From Macrostomum lignano (lineage: Eukaryota), in NCBI GenBank assembly GCA_002269645.1, contig NIVC01000517.1, positions 151,043 through 215,042 on the forward strand: 64,000 nucleotides of DNA, in the 5' to 3' direction. The notes below the pieces were generated by a model, which was not told the origin of the DNA, did not search any database, and saw only the letters and a program-made list of their open reading frames with translations. Below are positions 60,201 through 64,000 of this stretch, in pieces. Within the stretch, counting starts at the first letter, position 1, and each line of letters begins with the position of its first letter. The position numbers and the translations under genes were made by a program.

Positions 60201-63144
60201 TGTTAGCGACATGCTAGTTCATGGACGCTTGTGGATTGAATCTGGACTGTTAGCGGAATGCTAGTTCATGGACACTTATTGATTGAATCTGGACTGTTAG
60301 CGGAATGCTAGTTCATGGACACTTATTGATTGAATCTGGACTGTTAGCGGAATGCTAGTTCATGGACACTTATTGATTGAATCTGGACTGTTAGCGGAAT
60401 GCTAGTTCATGGACACTTATTGATTGAATCTGGACTGTTAGCGACATGCTAGTTCATGGACGCTTGTGGATTGAATCTGGACTGTTAGCGGAATGCTAGT
60501 TCATGGACACTTATTGATTGAATCTGGACTGTTAGCGGAATGCTAGTTCATGGACACTTATTGATTGAATCTGGACTGTTAGCGGAATGCTAGTTCATGG
60601 ACACTTATTGATTGAATCTGGACTGTTAGCGATATGCTAGTTCATGGACGCTTGTGGATTGAATCTGGACTGTTAGCGGAATGCTAGTTCATGGACACTT
60701 ATTGATTGAATCTGGACTGTTAGCGGAATGCTAGTTCATGGACACTTATTGATTGAATCTGGACTGTTAGCGGAATGCTAGTTCATGGACACTTATTGAT
60801 TGAATCTGGACTGTTAGCGGAATGCTAGTTCATGGACACTTATTGATTGAATCTGGACTGTTAGCGGAATGCTAGTTCATGGACACTTATTGATTGAATC
60901 TGGACTGTTAGCGGAATGCTAGTTCATGGACACTTATTGATTGAATCTGGACTGTTAGCGACATGCTAGTTCATGGACGCTTGTGGATTGAATCTGGACT
61001 GTTAGCGGAATGCTAGTTCATGGACACTTATTGATTGAATCTGGACTGTTAGCGGAATGCTAGTTCATGGACACTTATTGATTGAATCTGGACTGTTAGC
61101 GACATGCTAGTTCATGGACACTTATTGATTGAATCTGGACTGTTAGCGACATGCTAGTTCATGGACGCTTGTGGATTGAATCTGGACTGTTAGCGGAATG
61201 CTAGTTCATGGACACTTATTGATTGAATCTGGACTGTTAGCGGAATGCTAGTTCATGGACACTTATTGATTGAATCTGGACTGTTAGCGGAATGCTAGTT
61301 CATGGACACTTATTGATTGAATCTGGACTGTTAGCGGAATGCTAGTTCATGGACACTTATTGATTGAATCTGGACTGTTAGCGACACGCTAGTTCATGGA
61401 CGCTTATTGATTGAATCTGGACTGTTAGCGGAATGCTAGTTCATGGACACTTATTGATTGAATCTGGACTGTTAGCGACATGCTAGTTCATGGACACTTA
61501 TTGATTGAATCTGGACTGTTAGCGACATGCTAGTTCATGGACGCTTATTGATTGAATCTGGACTGTTAGTGACATGCTAGTTCATGGACAATTATTAATT
61601 GAATCTGGACTGCTAGCGACATGCTAGTTCATGGACACTTATTGATTGAATCTGGACTGTTAGCGACATGCTAGTTCATGGAATATCCAATTCCACCCCT
61701 ACTTCACCAGTTGTGTTTATATCGCATCGCAGGTGTCCCTGCCCGATGGCTCCCTCGTGTCGGTGCCCTACATTGACCCGGACTCGCTGCGAGCGCCGGT
61801 CCGATCTTCGACTATCTGTCGTCGAAGCGACGGTAGCGGCGGCCTCCTTCGCGCTGCCTCGGACCGCGGCATCCACTGCGCCTTGGACAGCGACGGCTGT
61901 TTGCACCTGTGGGGCGAGGTGTCTTCGCACCTGTTGTTCACTTTCTGTCATCAGGGCGCGCCCCGGCACGTACCGACGCCCTATCTGCGGCTGCCGAGGC
62001 CAGCTGAGGACGACAGTGAAATGATGGACGACCCGGTCGATCGGATTATCAAACTATCGACGCCTCTGCACGCCGGCGCCGAGTGGCTGCGCGCTAGCGG
62101 CGCCGTCAACGCCAAATCTAAAGATCTGCTAGCGGCGCTGCTATGTCGACGTGGCGACTTCACCGGCGCGCTGCACTGGACTCTTCGCCGATGCGAGTTT
62201 GCTAGGGCCCCGGCTCTACTTGGCCAGCTGTTATCGTTGGCGCCGCGTCCGGAGGACTGCGTGGCCGATTTAGTGCACGCGCTTGCCGACCGCGAAGCTG
62301 GAATAGCCCTGCTTGAGCAGCTGCTGACTTCCGCGATGTCGCCTGCAGTGGCTGCCCAGTTAGCGAGGTCAGTGCGAGAATTACCTGCGGCTGTTTTGTT
62401 TAGTTAAAATCCTACTAACAGTAGCATTTCAGTAAAAAAGACGATATTTTCTATAATCAAAATCAAACTACTCTACTCATAGTAGAACACCAAAACATTT
62501 TACAGTCCAAATTGAATTTGATTGTAAAAATTCACCCACTAAGCTAAGAGTGTTTAGTGAGTTTAATAATTAACTAGTTAATTAAAAAGTAAAAAAGTTA
62601 TTTTTTTCATTTACAGCATCACTTTTTTACTGACAGCATCAAAATCAGCAAAATATGCCCTAGTTTGTTTCATGCCCTTAAAAGAGCCGTTTTATTTAAT
62701 TTCAAACTGCTTAACTGCTATCACAGATGCTGTCACTCCGGCCGGCTGGACTCCTCTCGCCTGTCAGCCCCCTTCTGTCTGGCGTGGCTGCGACAACTGT
62801 TTCAAAATTCAAGCAATTCGGCTTCGTCAAGCGGCACCGATGCCGGGCCGGAGCTGCGGATGTCGCTGACAGAGCTCTTAGCCAGACAGGAGCGTCAGCA
62901 AGCCGAAGGCCTGTACGCAGACAGTCTGTGGCACTTCGCTTGCTGCGGTCGCCAGTGCCCTGAGAGCGACCTGTTTCAATTGCGCTATCCAACGCTGCTG
63001 CGGCGCTTAGCTGAGACCGGCGCAGATGCCGAACTGCGCGCCTTAGTTGATAGATTAATTAGGCGCGATGGTAAACAATTGAAAGCAATGCCCTGTCCAG
63101 TGTGTTTTGGCCAGGCGCTGGGTCTGGCCTCCGATCAGCGTTAG
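47509..63144 (+). CDS. ~1500-aa RCC1-repeat protein resembling claret/GLO-4 Rab GEFs. Exons: 47509-47775, (48535-48577?), 48654-48856, 49774-49923, 50631-50759, 50862-51386, 51893-52392, 54288-54636, 56528-56827, 57456-58119, 58738-59177, 61733-62367, 62727-63144
   Basis: Splice phases are consistent from 48654 to the stop. RCC1 blades: [86 protein letters not shown]|VSLPDG. Helical block [19 protein letters not shown] and a degenerate C-terminal Cys cluster (FACCG...CPVC). RCC1 assignment is firm; claret/GLO-4 orthology is from recall only. Confidence 0.7.
47900..48330. repeat. (GACA)n microsatellite with CACTAAG interruptions
   Basis: Read directly. Confidence 0.97.
48900..49760. repeat. 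28-bp intronic minisatellite (CATCATGTCCTGTACAATCAGGCTCACT)
   Basis: Tandem units; stop-free in several frames, producing the 257/411/191-aa spurious ORFs. Confidence 0.96.
50060..50540. repeat. 72-bp intronic tandem repeat
   Basis: About 6 copies, 24-aa period in the ORF track ([24 protein letters not shown]). Confidence 0.95.
51390..51860. repeat. Degenerate ~21-bp AGTTGGGATCTGG intronic repeat
   Basis: Recurrent TGGGATCT cores. Confidence 0.8.
52397..54250. repeat. 1.85-kb (TCTG)n microsatellite with CTTAGTG interruptions filling an intron
   Basis: Read directly; starts just after donor GTGAGT at 52393. Confidence 0.97.
54715..55325. repeat. 23-bp intronic minisatellite (TTAGTGTCAGTTTAGTATTGCTA)
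   Basis: Two alternating variants. Confidence 0.95.
55795..56340. repeat. 30-bp intronic minisatellite (AAATCTCAAATCCCCATTGATCCTCTCAGA)
   Basis: Perfect 30-bp period across several lines. Confidence 0.97.
56940..57415. repeat. 22-bp intronic minisatellite (TAAACTGTCTCATAAACATCCC)
   Basis: Tandem units read directly. Confidence 0.93.
58170..58700. repeat. 25-bp intronic minisatellite (ATTTGGGGATTTATTGAGATCCCTA)
   Basis: Tandem units with an internal GGGA/TCCC inverted motif. Confidence 0.93.
59205..59660. repeat. 35-bp intronic minisatellite (GTGATTGATTTATCCCCTAACTGGGATCTTGAGGT)
   Basis: Tandem units read directly. Confidence 0.93.
60020..61685. repeat. 47-bp intronic minisatellite (GGACTGTTAGCGGAATGCTAGTTCATGGACACTTATTGATTGAATCT)
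   Basis: About 35 units, two variants. Confidence 0.96.
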
Positions 63145-63774
63145 TTGTTTATTATCTAATCACAAAATTGCACTGATTTGCTCACTAACTACTCTTAGTA
63201 TAGCAGGTGAATTTTTATTAAATTAAATAAATTTAGACTGTAAAATGTTTAGAGTTCTACTGCTAGTAGAGTAGTTTGAACTTGATTATAGAGAATATCG
63301 CGTTTTTTACTTAGATGCTACTTTCAGTAGGTGAAAAATAGTTTTTCTGGTGCTTTTTCATATGTATCTTTGATCTTTGATTCCAGTAATTCATAAATCA
63401 ATTTGCTTAATTTGCCCGATTTCAATTAGCTGTGCAATGCTGACAGCTCACGAATCTTTGCTAATTGTTTTTTATTACTTGCAGATTCTCCAATTCTGCA
63501 GTGTATAAATATAGTTATTTGTTTGGTTTGATTTCTTCTTTTTGCTTGAAAGTTTTTATTGACGTTGCTACCAAAATTCGCATAATCTATGAATTCTTTT
63601 TTTCACTTATAAAATTTCAGCATCACAAATATTTTTTGGTTTGATAATAGCGCCGTGGATTAAATACAGTACTTTCAAGCGCGATTGTGATTCTCTGTTT
63701 CCAGTATCTGTTGAAGTGTTTTAGAGCTAAATCTCGAAATATAGAATCGCTCTATTTTCACTCCCTAAGAGACT

Positions 63775-64000
63775 CCTGCATTCCCTAAATCTCACTGAGA
63801 ATCGGCCTTATGCATTCCCTAGATCTCACTGAGAATCGGCCTTATGCATTCCCTAGATCTCACTGAGAGTCTCCCTTATGCATTCCCTAAATCTCACTGA
63901 GAATCGGCCTTATGCATTCCCTAGATCTCACTGGGAATCGGCCTTATGCATTCCCTAGATCTCACTGAGAATCGGCCTTATGCATTCCCTAGATCTCACT
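63775..64000. repeat. 34-bp minisatellite (GCATTCCCTAGATCTCACTGAGAATCGGCCTTAT), truncated by window end
   Basis: Tandem units read directly. Confidence 0.93.

Noticed and set aside
3930-64000. CRISPR arrays among the many 23-47-bp periodic repeats
   Set aside because: Units are contiguous with no unique spacers, lie in spliceosomal introns, and there are no cas genes.

Overview
Eukaryotic (animal) genomic DNA with GT-AG introns. Almost every intron is filled by its own minisatellite and proteins carry poly-Ala/Gln tracts; this style best fits the flatworm Macrostomum (inference, not verified). Two divergent gene clusters are separated by a ~16-kb repeat/transposon island (12.1-28.0 kb). Minus strand: HOGA1 (3 exons) then DYNC2LI1 (5 exons). 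Plus strand: a compact POT1-like telomere protein, TMEM205, eIF3h (4 exons), MED4 (2 exons), PPP1R7/Sds22, and a ~1500-aa multi-exon RCC1-repeat protein resembling claret/GLO-4. Mobile DNA: two tRNA-derived SINE copies with 13-14-bp TSDs, two foldback elements with GGG termini and exact 8-bp TSDs (one carrying TTAGGG-like repeats), Helitron-like elements carrying a tRNA-Ser-like module, and a deaminated transposase remnant in a nearly CpG-free 4-kb block. Best leads: (1) a POT1 with OB1 plus Zn-binding OB3 but no OB2 and no HJRL insert; (2) an operon-like plus-strand cluster in which two ORFs lack an obvious ATG, possibly using the flatworm spliced-leader AUG; (3) the CpG-erased island with an internal SINE clock; (4) introns whose splice signals are built from terminal minisatellite units. 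All homology calls are by-eye comparisons with remembered sequences; no searches were run. Repeat boundaries are approximate. No CRISPR arrays.
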